This document shows, piece after piece, positions 9,763 to 19,097 of a stretch of DNA of 64,000 nt. Under the pieces are notes generated by a model. That model made no database searches. It was not told the DNA's origin and was given only the letters and a program-made list of their open reading frames with translations. This stretch comes from an uncultured Candidatus Saccharibacteria bacterium. GTDB taxonomy: Bacteria; Patescibacteriota; Minisyncoccia; Phycocordibacterales; PALSA-1337. Numbering within the stretch: position 1 is the first letter of the stretch; each line of letters begins with the position of its first letter. The stretch lies in assembly GCA_964565685.1 (NCBI GenBank), contig CAZMFR010000004.1, positions 5,077 through 69,076 on the forward strand, written 5' to 3'. The translations under genes were made by a program, and so were the position numbers.

Positions 9763-10422
9763 ATGATAAAGATACAGCCGATCGTACGAGACATAATGCT
9801 CGGGGATATAGAAGCTTATTATTCCCTGACGAACGGATACATGAACATGAGCGGCTATGCATACCAGATACGGCCAAAAGTAGAGCTTCTCGCAAAGAAA
9901 AAGACCACGATCGCCAGCTTGGTAGTCTCCCTATCCCGGCTGAGAAAAGAATTCAAGAAAGAAAAACCGCTCATACATAGCGTAGCAATAAAAAACATCA
10001 CCACAAAATTGCCTCTATCCGAGATCGCTTATGAAAAAAGCAATGATTTTATGATCAAACTAGAATCATTCCATGAGAATATCTCTGTTTCCGAGGAAGA
10101 TTTTTTCACCATAACAATGGGTGCCACAGAAGTAGACGTCATCTGCTCTTCCAATATAGAAAGCAAAGTATTGAAGCATTTCAAGATAAAGCCAAAGATC
10201 ACCAATCGCAATCTAGCGGCGATCGGGATATCCTTTGATCCTGAGGTCTTTAGCATACCCAATACTTTTTTCTCGCTCCTATCAGTGACTGCCCGCGCCA
10301 GAGTGAATATAGAAGAATTAGTGTCGACTCCCACAGAATTGATCTTCATCGTCGATGAAAAAGATTTCGGCAGGACGGTTGCGCTGTTTTCGGAGATGCA
10401 TAGAGAAGCAAATGCGAAATAA
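9763..10422 (+). CDS. ACT-domain regulatory protein (aspartokinase C-terminal-like, archaeal/CPR type)
   Basis: N-terminal MNMSGYA helix, C-terminal VNIEELVSTPTELIFIVDEKD; TAGAAT 7 nt before ATG. Confidence 0.75.
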   Translation: MIKIQPIVRDIMLGDIEAYYSLTNGYMNMSGYAYQIRPKVELLAKKKTTIASLVVSLSRLRKEFKKEKPLIHSVAIKNITTKLPLSEIAYEKSNDFMIKLESFHENISVSEEDFFTITMGATEVDVICSSNIESKVLKHFKIKPKITNRNLAAIGISFDPEVFSIPNTFFSLLSVTARARVNIEELVSTPTELIFIVDEKDFGRTVALFSEMHREANAK

Positions 10423-10513
10423 ACATAAAACCCGCAAAGCGTTTCGCCCTGCGGATTTTACGTTCATAAGTTCCATTCATCACAATGTGAACAGAGACGA
10501 TTTTGGCTTTCAA

Positions 10514-10762
10514 TTACATCGCTGGAGCGGCTGGAGCGACACCTTTTTCACAGTTCTTGCATGTCTTCTTGTGAGTGAAGATGAGGACAAGAGCAGCGAC
10601 GCCTACGAGGACATAAACGAGATTCTCGAGCCATGACCATGAGCCAAGGAGCAAGTTAACGATATTCCAGTTTCCACCAAACCAACCGCCAAGACCCACA
10701 AGACCCCAGTTCAAGCCACCGATGGCTAAAAGGATGAAGGAAACAATGTGTGTTGCTTTCAT
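10514..10762 (-). CDS. DUF378-family membrane protein
   Basis: IGGLNWGLVG and VYVLVGVAAL signatures. Confidence 0.9.
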   Translation of the reverse strand: MKATHIVSFILLAIGGLNWGLVGLGGWFGGNWNIVNLLLGSWSWLENLVYVLVGVAALVLIFTHKKTCKNCEKGVAPAAPAM

Positions 10763-11187
10763 TTTTTTATTAAAAAATTATGCTGATAAATAAATCATTG
10801 ACCCGCATCAATTATACCACCATCAATCATACTGATAGTGCATAACTTGTGGAAATGCTTCAGTGAAATATGGCTAGTTTTGTGCCCAGAGCGAGACATG
10901 CCCCGAATTTGGGATCGAATTATTGATACACTGGCAACATTGAATACGCGAGGCGAGTTGCCCGATTTGTCGGCGCTCTCTGGTTTTCAGCATCGCTCGG
11001 ATGCAACCGATCCATTGGTGGATGGTCAGGATGATGGTATCGCAGTGGTGGAGTGAGTGAAGGGATGTCGACTTGCCAGAGACGACAAAATCACCAGTCA
11101 AGTTTTCAATAATTGGAGGCGTTGGATTGGCATTGCAAAAGACTGCCGGTTAGGTAAAATACTTATCAGTTTAGAAAGGAGCGCGTT

Positions 11188-11418
11188 ATGCCAAAACAAA
11201 TAGTGACCGGAAGAACCAGTCTTATCACGGTAATATTCAGGCTTGGCGTATTTTCCGAGTCGCAATTACTTGAAGAATATGCGCAAGTTGAAGGTTCATC
11301 AGCGGATTTGGAGATGGCGAAAGGTTATCTGTCCCAACTGCTTCAGGTTGGTATTTTGCGCCGGAAGGCCAATGGCGCCTTGTATGTACGAAAACCTGTT
11401 TCACTCACGCCCGATTAA
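11188..11418 (+). CDS. small hypothetical, possibly winged-helix protein
   Basis: TTGCAA-N16-TAAAAT promoter, SD GAAAGGAG, LSQLLQVGILRRK wing-like segment, hairpin plus T run after the stop. Confidence 0.6.
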   Translation: MPKQIVTGRTSLITVIFRLGVFSESQLLEEYAQVEGSSADLEMAKGYLSQLLQVGILRRKANGALYVRKPVSLTPD

Positions 11419-11489
11419 CAATCGGGCTTTTTTGTGGCGAATCACATTGACATTGCAACCCCATTTCTTTCAGACTGTCTCACAAATCC

Positions 11490-11900
11490 ATGACATCGTT
11501 TACAATCGCTCATATTTCAGATTTGCATTTTTCTAACGGAACGGCAAAGGATCCACCAGAAGGTCTTTCCCACTCCATTAGCCACTTGCAACAGATTCAG
11601 AGTCGGTTTCAAGGTCGCGACTTCGACAGAGTGATCGTCTCGGGAGACCTGACCGACCACGGCGATATTGAAAGTTTTATTCGAGTCAAGGAATGGCTTC
11701 ACAACGACGAAGTTGTATCTTAAACGCATTGTAAAAGGTTTGTATAGCAGACCCTTTGTCCAAAGCATGGTAGGTTCGTCAGCGAAATCTTGTGACCGAA
11801 AGGATAAAACGCGCAGCTTCAACATCTACACTATCGAGATGACAGATGGAAATTACAGGTTGCATGTAAAGCGCTACACAATGATAGGCGAGGATGGACA
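11490..11900 (+). pseudogene. internally deleted calcineurin-like metallophosphoesterase
   Basis: AHISDLHF and VSGDLTDHG motifs then a stop before the GNH motif; C-terminal-like piece (VGSS...RSFNIYTI) in another frame. Confidence 0.7.
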
Positions 11901-12544
11901 GGTATTCCCTCATTGCAGAACAACAAAAAGGCCATGTGTATTACCGATGCCATACCAAGAATTGTCCCCAGTCCTGTGTGCGGGAGGAAACGATCAGCAC
12001 GGAAGTCTCGCGATTCTTCCAAAAAGTCCGGTATGACGACCGGGAACGGGAATATTACAAGTCCCGCATCTCGACGCTCAAGGCGACCTGGGCGGGCCGG
12101 CGGGAGGAGGAAACCAAAAGCCTCGATTTGAAGCAGAGCCAGATCAAAGACCGGCTCAACCGTTTGACCGATGCCTATCTCGACCAATCCTTGGACAAAT
12201 CCATGTTCGAGGAACGGAAGAAAAGCCTGCTGCTTGAACAGAAAGCCGTGGAGGAGAATCTGGCCAATGTGGCACGCAGCAACGGCTCATCGCCGGACAA
12301 GATTGAAATTTTCCTCGAATTGGCCGGTAATGCGTGGTTGAGCCATAAATTGGCAACTCCTGAAGATGCCCGTGAAATGCTCAACATTTTCACCTCGAAC
12401 CGGCAGGCGGAGGGGAAAAAGATATGTTTGAAGCCGTCAATCGCCTTTCAGGAGATCGTCAACCGGCCCAAAATTGATGGTTGTGCTCCCGGTAGGAATC
12501 GAACCTACATCAAGACCTTAGAAGAGTCCTGTTCTATCCATTGA
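11894..12544 (+). pseudogene. 5'-truncated large serine recombinase (zinc ribbon plus coiled coil), running into the tRNA-Arg 3' end
   Basis: EQQKGHVYYRC...CPQ..VREE, RLNRLTDAYLD; resolvase and recombinase domains absent; GC visibly higher than the flanks. Confidence 0.85.
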
Positions 12545-12555
12545 ACTACGGGAGC
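12484..12555 (-). tRNA. tRNA-Arg(TCT)
   Basis: GCTCCCGTAGTTCAATGGATAGAAC...CT TCT AA...GGTTCGATTCC TACCGGGAGCA. Confidence 0.95.
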
Positions 12556-12605
12556 GTATGTGGAGCACTATAGCAGAAGAAAAGAACGCCGCAATGGAGC
12601 TATGA

Positions 12606-12953
12606 CTATTGCGATGGATCGGGTGGGCCATCGTACCCCTTTAGAAGGGCAACCGATGACGAAGCTTTTGCAGAAAAACTGGCAACCAAATTGTCCATGC
12701 CCTTTTGGTCAAAATCATTGCGGCTAGGCGATGAGACGATTTGCTGAGGAGAAACGATTCTCCCAGATTGAACGAGAAAAAATAGCCGCCCAGCAAAAAC
12801 GATGAGAACTATGGCTATCGTGATGCTGATCGATGTGATCACAACCCAACCTACATAGGCGTCTTCGCCTAGACTCTCAAAGAAGGAGACGTGTTCAGAC
12901 GAATAGACCGGCTTGCTGGATTTCTTCCAATGTAGATATTTTTTTATATTCAT
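12606..12953 (-). CDS. single-TM protein, last gene of the pilMNO operon (PilP-position protein)
   Basis: ATGA overlap with the upstream gene, one TM helix, ends PPDPS. Confidence 0.6.
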   Translation of the reverse strand: MNIKKYLHWKKSSKPVYSSEHVSFFESLGEDAYVGWVVITSISITIAIVLIVFAGRLFFLVQSGRIVSPQQIVSSPSRNDFDQKGMDNLVASFSAKASSSVALLKGYDGPPDPSQ

Positions 12954-13498
12954 GTTGATGATAGTACGGATATATCGATGACGGCTGTCCATCTCGAAGC
13001 GGATTTTGCCGATGAGTTTCCACCGGACAGAACGTCTAGATTGATGCTCCCTACAGAAATGGCATATGGCATATTTTCGACCATCTGGATGGCACGCATG
13101 ACATTGCCCCAGGAGCCGACTACTGATATATCCGCAGTGACGACTGGAACAGACGAATTGCCGCCAGTTCCTGAGGAAAGCGATGAAATCGAGATCTTTG
13201 CATCAGTGGCAGGACCGATAGCTTCGACCGCGTCAATAAACGGCACCGCATCATTAGCAGAGATCAGAAACGACGGCAGCAGCTCCCTATCAGCTACAGT
13301 ATTATCGTATGTAGTCTCCATATTTTTTGCTTGGAGGGATTGTTCGGCAGCAGCGGCAGCTTCCGCTTTCACAATAGATTCGTCCTGTGCTTCTTTGACA
13401 GTATCGATATACATAAAAGCATAGGCCGAGCTGGCGGCAAAAATGGCCAAAACAGACAGAGTGAGAAGCAGATAATGTTGTGAACGGAGTTTTCTCAT
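12950..13498 (-). CDS. PilO-like type IV pilus assembly protein
   Basis: N-terminal TM, coiled coil, GSWGNVMRAIQMVENMPY; position in the operon. Confidence 0.75.
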   Translation of the reverse strand: MRKLRSQHYLLLTLSVLAIFAASSAYAFMYIDTVKEAQDESIVKAEAAAAAEQSLQAKNMETTYDNTVADRELLPSFLISANDAVPFIDAVEAIGPATDAKISISSLSSGTGGNSSVPVVTADISVVGSWGNVMRAIQMVENMPYAISVGSINLDVLSGGNSSAKSASRWTAVIDISVLSST

Positions 13499-13503
13499 GG
13501 TAT

Positions 13504-14052
13504 TTATGGTGCCGCCGGCAAAGAATACGACATCTGCATGGAAAACTGGATATCGATAGCTGATGCAAGATCGGAAATCGGCACATCCACGCCGGAAAAA
13601 TCCTTATCCCCTTGGATGATATTCCTAAATGTCACTAGGTCGTCTCGAGTGAGAGCCGTGCCTTGGATAGTAATAGTCAAATGACCAGAACCGTCGTTGG
13701 AAACATCTAATGAATCGATCGAAATGCCTTTTGGCCGGAGGTCAGCTATATGCATAATGACCGGAGAAATTGCAGGAGAAACAAAAGACGAGATAGACGA
13801 GACGAGAGACCCAGCGGATGACAAGCCGGCCTTTATGACAGCTGTGCCGGTGGCAATGCTATTTTCGGCAGATTGTGCATTGACCGCGGCAGAGTTTTCC
13901 GCCAAACTGGATATGAGGTATGAAGGGAAAAGAAAAACCGCAGATATGATAATGGCTAACGAGACAAAGAAAAGAAACACGACAAAAAATCTGGCGCGAT
14001 ACTCGGCTTTTAACGCTTTGACGGTTTTTGGAGGAAGAAGAGCGTGGTACAT
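13504..14052 (-). CDS. PilN-like type IV pilus assembly protein
   Basis: LLP N-terminal motif, TM helix, ITIQGTA, FSGVDVP; follows pilM. Confidence 0.78.
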   Translation of the reverse strand: MYHALLPPKTVKALKAEYRARFFVVFLFFVSLAIIISAVFLFPSYLISSLAENSAAVNAQSAENSIATGTAVIKAGLSSAGSLVSSISSFVSPAISPVIMHIADLRPKGISIDSLDVSNDGSGHLTITIQGTALTRDDLVTFRNIIQGDKDFSGVDVPISDLASAIDIQFSMQMSYSLPAAP

Positions 14053-14061
14053 GGTTTTGAT

Positions 14062-15024
14062 TTAACGGCGTTTCGGCAAGGCGAGACCGGCCGCCACAGC
14101 ATATTGAAGAGACTCGTCTTGTGAAATCGGGGGAATATAGGCATCATAAGAAAAGGCGTTAACCCATACATCTGCTACGCGTATATTTAGCAGAGGATCC
14201 TTGGATCCAGCTAGCGCCGCGGATATTCTGCTAGCATGGTGGCCGCAGAGTATGATCTCGCTCACCCCGTCACCCTGACCATGCTCTCCCCAATATCCGT
14301 AAACTTTGCTCATCTCTGAATGAATGGGCTCGATATCTGATTCGTGTATGGTGTCTTGAGAATTCCATGGTACGGTCGAAGTGAATAGCACGACGCCTTC
14401 GTCCACTATATAAAAGCCGGCTTTCCCATCCATGAGGTGAATGATCAATTTTGTGTCTGTGTCAGTCGACGGCACGATGGCACGCGCTAAAGATTTCGGC
14501 AACACTTCGAACGATATCGGCAAAAGCCCGGCTGATTCGAGTATGAACAGATATTCTTCGACAAATTTCCTCGGAGCGACCGAGACAGAGGCCGTGTGTT
14601 CGCCTTTTGGCAAGAGATCTCTGATTAGATCGAAATAAAATACCGCATCATCTGGCGGCAACGGCACATTTTCATCCAAGCGCAAGGATATGTTCTCGTG
14701 TATCTCGGCGGCTGTGCCATCCGGCACTTCTGTCTTGAAAAGATACACTCTCTCCTCTGGCAGAGACGCTTTTACATAGGTTACCTTTAATTCATCGGCT
14801 AGGGATTTTACGACATCGATCAGAGCTTTTTGGTCACGGATAATACCGTTCTCTACCACGCCTTTTGCCAGCGGTCTCGAACCAAAACGATCTATTTTCA
14901 ACCCGCGATGCGCGTGACGATACATCAATACATGCACAGACGAGTCGGAAATATCGATGCCGGCACAAGGCATTTCCAAGAATTTCGGCGGAGGAAAAAG
15001 CTTAAAGAAGGTAGACGTCTTCAT
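14062..15024 (-). CDS. pilM: PilM type IV pilus assembly protein (actin-like fold)
   Basis: GIDISDSSV, AGLLPISFE, IILCG, YAVAAGLAL. Confidence 0.88.
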   Translation of the reverse strand: MKTSTFFKLFPPPKFLEMPCAGIDISDSSVHVLMYRHAHRGLKIDRFGSRPLAKGVVENGIIRDQKALIDVVKSLADELKVTYVKASLPEERVYLFKTEVPDGTAAEIHENISLRLDENVPLPPDDAVFYFDLIRDLLPKGEHTASVSVAPRKFVEEYLFILESAGLLPISFEVLPKSLARAIVPSTDTDTKLIIHLMDGKAGFYIVDEGVVLFTSTVPWNSQDTIHESDIEPIHSEMSKVYGYWGEHGQGDGVSEIILCGHHASRISAALAGSKDPLLNIRVADVWVNAFSYDAYIPPISQDESLQYAVAAGLALPKRR

Positions 15025-15156
15025 TGGCTATATTGTAGCAAGTAAAGGTAAAATCCAAAAGGCCGTGCCTGACCGTGTCTGTCTATGGGTAAGCGGCAGA
15101 TATGTAAAAACAAAAGCGCGAGAACTCCTAATTGGAAGCATTATTCTACTTTGATT

Positions 15157-15768
15157 TTAATGCTTCTTTCTTGATCTAATATATTCATTTGTTGGCGGAA
15201 CAAGCGAGACGATTATGATTAGAACAACGATCGGCGTGATATACGAGTCTGCATTCGGCATGATCGCACCGAGCATGAAACCCAGAGCGGAAACGCCTAC
15301 AGACCATACAAAACCGCCGACGATGTTGTATGAGATAAAATCCTTGTAGCTCATATTCCCTACTCCAGCCAAAATCGGCGCAAAAGTGCGGATGATCGGA
15401 ATGAAACGAGCGAGGATTATGGCTTTCTTGCCATATTTTTCATAAAAATGCTCGGATCGAACGATGTGTTTCTTGTTGAAGAAGAACGAGTCATCTTTTG
15501 TAAAGATCCTAGGACCGATCTTCTTGCCAAAAGCATAGCCGATGCTGTCACCCAAGACCGCTGCGACAAACGCGCCAATAAAAAGCCATGTCGGAGACAG
15601 AAATCCTTGCGAAGCCAGAAACCCGGCAGTGAATAGGAGCGAATCTCCCGGAAAAAAGAAGCCGAAGAAGAGCCCAGACTCGGCAAATACGATGAATATA
15701 ACGCCGATAAGTCCAAGGGCTTTTATTATGACGATGGGATCAAAGAGAACATGGATGGTTTGGATCAT
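15157..15768 (-). CDS. DedA/VTT-domain membrane protein
   Basis: FAESGLFFGFFFPGDSLL, ARFIPIIRTFAP. Confidence 0.95.
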   Translation of the reverse strand: MIQTIHVLFDPIVIIKALGLIGVIFIVFAESGLFFGFFFPGDSLLFTAGFLASQGFLSPTWLFIGAFVAAVLGDSIGYAFGKKIGPRIFTKDDSFFFNKKHIVRSEHFYEKYGKKAIILARFIPIIRTFAPILAGVGNMSYKDFISYNIVGGFVWSVGVSALGFMLGAIMPNADSYITPIVVLIIIVSLVPPTNEYIRSRKKH

Positions 15769-15774
15769 AAAAAA

Positions 15775-16218
15775 TTATGCCGCTTGCGTCCCTGGTACGA
15801 TCGATTGATTCGGCTCGAGCAAAGAAAAGTTTCCCGCTCCATCTGAAACTGCAAACAGCATTCCGTTAGATTGGAATCCCTTGATCGTTCGCGGCTCGAG
15901 ATTGGTCACGAACATGCATGTTTTGCCGACGAGGACTGCAGGATCCGGGAAATAAGCAAAAATACCGGAGACGATCTGACGTGGCGCAGGCACAAATGTC
16001 TTTTCGATCGGTTTTACAGACGCATCCTGGCTGACGACAGATGCAGTGGTTACTGTGGTTTGTGCAGAAGAAGACAGACCGATTTCTGAGGATACTTCCT
16101 TCTTCTCGCCAAAATCTACCAGAAGCTTCAGAAGCTTGTCTGTATTCGGAATTTTTTCTGCCGAAAGTATCTTCCCGGCTTTTATCTCTACTTTTTTGAA
16201 GTCTTCATAAGTGATCAT
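15775..16218 (-). CDS. stand-alone tRNA-binding OB-fold protein (MetG C-terminal/Trbp111/CsaA-like) with a Ser/Thr-rich insert
   Basis: ITYEDFKKVEIKAG, DKLLKLLVDFG, RQIVSGI, NLEPR, SNGML. Confidence 0.88.
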   Translation of the reverse strand: MITYEDFKKVEIKAGKILSAEKIPNTDKLLKLLVDFGEKKEVSSEIGLSSSAQTTVTTASVVSQDASVKPIEKTFVPAPRQIVSGIFAYFPDPAVLVGKTCMFVTNLEPRTIKGFQSNGMLFAVSDGAGNFSLLEPNQSIVPGTQAA

Positions 16219-16416
16219 TAAATACATAATACAAGAAAAATTTCATAATAACCAGTTGCTCATGCGAGCGGTCGGTGACCATGGCATTCCTTTACACAGT
16301 ATATTTACAATGTATGTACGTTGTAGATATCGGCTAAAAACAAGCGCACCGCCAGTGAAGGCACACCGGTTCTGTGTGTGGTTCTTTCTGGTCATTGCTC
16401 ATTTCGACAAAATCGT

Positions 16417-16830
16417 TTATTCCGACAAACGAGAGTCGGCGTGGCCGTTTTTTTGTTCTTCCCTATCCAAAAAGCTTTGCAGTATGAGCGCCGCTGCAGA
16501 GGCATCGTGGAGCGCATTCTTGCCCTGGAATCTCTGCGCCGCAAAACTGGTCATGAATTCCGGTTCCATGATCACCTCAACCCCAATGGCTTCAAGCTCT
16601 TTTTTGAACGGCGCTATCTTTTCCATGATCAGATTATCGTTGCCTTTGTAATCTTTTGAGTCGCCGACGACGATCGTCGTCACATCGTTTTCTTTTACTA
16701 GAATGGAAATCTTTTCAACAAGCTTGCCATCATTAGCCAGCACTTCTCTTGGCAGAGCAAAACGGCCATTCTCGTCCGAAACGGCTATGCCTACGCGTTT
16801 CTTGCCATAATCGATGCCGATGTATTTCAT
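16417..16830 (-). CDS. ruvX: RuvX/YqgF pre-16S rRNA nuclease
   Basis: GIDYGKKRVGIAVSD, EFMTS, DASAAALILQSFLD. Confidence 0.93.
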   Translation of the reverse strand: MKYIGIDYGKKRVGIAVSDENGRFALPREVLANDGKLVEKISILVKENDVTTIVVGDSKDYKGNDNLIMEKIAPFKKELEAIGVEVIMEPEFMTSFAAQRFQGKNALHDASAAALILQSFLDREEQKNGHADSRLSE

Positions 16831-16920
16831 TGGCGGATGGGGTGAGATTCGAACTCACGGTCCCCTTACGGGGACGACAGTTTTCAAGACTGTTCCATTA
16901 GACCACTCTGGCACCCATCC
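16831..16920 (-). tRNA. tRNA-Ser(TGA) with encoded CCA
   Basis: GGATGGGTGCCAGAGTGG...ACAGT CT TGA AA ACTGT, long variable arm, GTTCGAATC, ...CCATCCGCCA. Confidence 0.95.
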
Positions 16921-17007
16921 GTGCGCTTGATAATGGCATTTTTTTTACGGATTTTCAATGCCATCGAAAAATTAAAAAGAAGAAAGCCCTCGTGAAATTT
17001 TTTGTGC

Positions 17008-17295
17008 TCACGAGGGCTTGGATGGCGCGATGCTAGACCGTTGATTGTCTCTGAACCATCTGGCGAGCTTGTAAACCGTCGGATGAGATGGTAGCGGCGA
17101 GCGTTCTCTCTCATCTTTCAACTCGACTCGCGCAGAGATGATTTTTACCTCTCTCAAGACATCTTCATGATCAATCGGAGCATCCTGATTGATCGAGAAT
17201 AAGTTTAGGTCGCTACCGATCTGCATCTTGAAATAGCCCTCTGTTTTTGATTCGACGAGCCCAGACTCGCCGCCGCCACTCAATAGGATATCCAT
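17008..17295 (-). CDS. small hypothetical protein (accessory)
   Basis: SD GAAAGGAAAG; hairpin AGCCCTCGTGA...TCACGAGGGCT overlapping the stop. Confidence 0.55.
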   Translation of the reverse strand: MDILLSGGGESGLVESKTEGYFKMQIGSDLNLFSINQDAPIDHEDVLREVKIISARVELKDERERSPLPSHPTVYKLARWFRDNQRSSIAPSKPS

Positions 17296-17400
17296 AACTT
17301 TCCTTTCTCTTTATCAAAGAATCGTGCATTATCGGCCAACGATAGGCAATGTGCACAACTTTTACTGCAAAGCTAGCACAAAAGTAGTATAATTTCAAGC

Positions 17401-17862
17401 ATGGAACCTATCATCTCTTGGGATGCACCAGAACGGTATAATACGGAAAAAAACTCCGATTGGTATTGGGCTGTCGGCATCATTTCGTTCACCGCGGCAG
17501 CCCTGGCTTTTATGTTCGGTCAAGTGATATTCGGCATATTGATCGTCGTATCGGCTGTAGCTCTGACCCTCCACGCATCTGTTGCACCGCGCACGATTCA
17601 TGTGGAGATAAACGACCGCGGTTTGATTCTCGACAAGACTCTGTATCCGTTTCTTCACCTCGAATCTTTTTGGATAGATCCTCATGGTTATCCGTCAAAG
17701 ATCATCCTGAAGTCACAAAAAAATTTCATGCCGTTCATAAACATACACATCGCCGAAGACCTCGATCCGGAAATCGTCAGACAAGTCCTGTTAAAGTACA
17801 TCGCTGAAACCGAGCACGAGGAACCATTGACGGTGAAGATCATGGAACGATTGGGGTTCTGA
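17401..17862 (+). CDS. conserved CPR-type membrane protein (DUF5673-like)
   Basis: WDAPE...KNSDWYW, two TM helices, LESFW, EHEEP...MERLGF; TATAAT 7 nt before ATG. Confidence 0.8.
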   Translation: MEPIISWDAPERYNTEKNSDWYWAVGIISFTAAALAFMFGQVIFGILIVVSAVALTLHASVAPRTIHVEINDRGLILDKTLYPFLHLESFWIDPHGYPSKIILKSQKNFMPFINIHIAEDLDPEIVRQVLLKYIAETEHEEPLTVKIMERLGF

Positions 17863-17873
17863 TCGCACTATCG

Positions 17874-17910
17874 GTCACACAATGTCCTTTGTCGGATGGG
17901 TCTATGCAGG
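17874..17910 (+). repeat. 37-bp direct repeat copy 1 (putative recombination site)
   Basis: GTCACACAATGTCCTTTGTCGGATGGGTCTATGCAGG, 36/37 identical to 18641-18677. Confidence 0.9.
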
Positions 17911-17961
17911 CATTCGGGCAGCGTTTCCTGACGACGAATTAATTCTTATTCCGAAATAATA

Positions 17962-18561
17962 ATGAGTAAAACATATCTTTTCTATGCCACAAGAGATGAT
18001 CTTCTCGTAGTCACTGGGAAAATTGAATCTATTGTAGCGATCAAATATGTGCGTTTTGGCAATATTGCAAGATCGCCAGAGTGTTTTAGTATGGCGACGG
18101 AAATTCCAAACTTAGGGATAGCGTCTCATCCATCGGCAGTCGCCTGCGACAAATATCTAATAATAGTCAAACCTAGAGGACTTAAGGCAGTAGTTAATCT
18201 TGAAAGCATTAGTAAGAATTCAATTGTAAGTCATGAGATTGCGGCAGGTAAAGCCACTTTGAAAAAGCCCGCTGGGACGGATCGCTTCATTATAGACCAG
18301 CTACTCAATCCCGATACAATTACATTTACCGTTGGTGGGTTATGGAACAATGAAATTCTTTTACACGGAAGTGTCGGCACAGCCTCACAATCCAAATCTT
18401 CACAAATGCTAATGAGAGTGTTCCACGATGCTTTGAATAAACAGTTCGTTAAGGTAAGGGCTTTTTATGTCGGCCCACAAGCGCTTGAACTTCTGAAAAA
18501 TGGAAAGCGATTGACAATTTCTGCACAATCACCACAACAATTTGATCTTAAACCTTTATGA
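17962..18561 (+). CDS. hypothetical protein resembling polymorphic-toxin immunity proteins
   Basis: FYATRDDL, IDQLLNPDTITF..GG, GSVGTAS, FYVGPQA, GKRLT pattern recalled from Rhs/contact-dependent toxin loci; not verified by a search. Confidence 0.6.
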   Translation: MSKTYLFYATRDDLLVVTGKIESIVAIKYVRFGNIARSPECFSMATEIPNLGIASHPSAVACDKYLIIVKPRGLKAVVNLESISKNSIVSHEIAAGKATLKKPAGTDRFIIDQLLNPDTITFTVGGLWNNEILLHGSVGTASQSKSSQMLMRVFHDALNKQFVKVRAFYVGPQALELLKNGKRLTISAQSPQQFDLKPL

Positions 18562-18640
18562 AGGCGTTTTCCAAACTGCTATTGCTGACTCTGGCTTGCT
18601 ATTCGATTTCACTTCATTCCGCCACGTTCACTTATTCCTA

Positions 18641-18677
18641 GTCACACAATGTCCTTTGTCGGGTGGGTCTATGCAGG
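18641..18677 (+). repeat. 37-bp direct repeat copy 2
   Basis: GTCACACAATGTCCTTTGTCGGGTGGGTCTATGCAGG. Confidence 0.9.
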
Positions 18678-18748
18678 TGTGTAGCAATCTTACATATCGC
18701 GCAACCATTACCGAGGGAACGACTCCAGTTTAGTTTCTAATAACGAAG

Positions 18749-18784
18749 AGCCCGGATGCGTTTGCCGCACCCGGGCTGTTTTTT
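18749..18784 (+). terminator. intrinsic terminator without an obvious upstream gene
   Basis: AGCCCGGATGCG-TTTGC-CGCACCCGGGCT followed by a T run. Confidence 0.65.
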
Positions 18785-19005
18785 CTTCCACAGAATGCCC
18801 ACATTTCGTAGGGTGGCCTAGAGCGAACAGGTCGTTTCAAGCCGTCGCTTTGGGAAAAGTCACGCCGGACAAGGAGCCGGTCATTTTGTGGAAAATCTTT
18901 TTTGCGTAGAGCACGATTTTTAGATCGTTCGTATTGAACCTAATATACAACACAATTTACATTTGTCCAACGTCATCCGCACCTAATGGTAGCATTTCCT
19001 ATGTC

Positions 19006-19020
19006 GTCACACAATGTCCT
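19006..19020 (+). repeat. partial third copy (15 bp) of the 37-bp repeat
   Basis: GTCACACAATGTCCT, then divergence. Confidence 0.8.
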
Positions 19021-19097
19021 GATCTCCTCCTGTATCGGCATCCCTGCAATGCCTTCAGTAAAGCATGATCTGCACATAGTGACATACGGAAGGTAGT

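Noticed and set aside
10880-10897. GTGCCCAGAGCGAGAC as a tRNA 3' att remnant bounding the tRNA-Arg island
   Set aside because: Too short, has no T-loop and does not match tRNA-Arg(TCT)
11894-12544. Active integrative element
   Set aside because: The catalytic N-terminal domain is missing and no attL/attR duplication was found
17874-19020. 37-bp repeats as a CRISPR array
   Set aside because: The length fits, but the intervals are about 730 and 330 bp, there are only two full copies and no cas genes in the window
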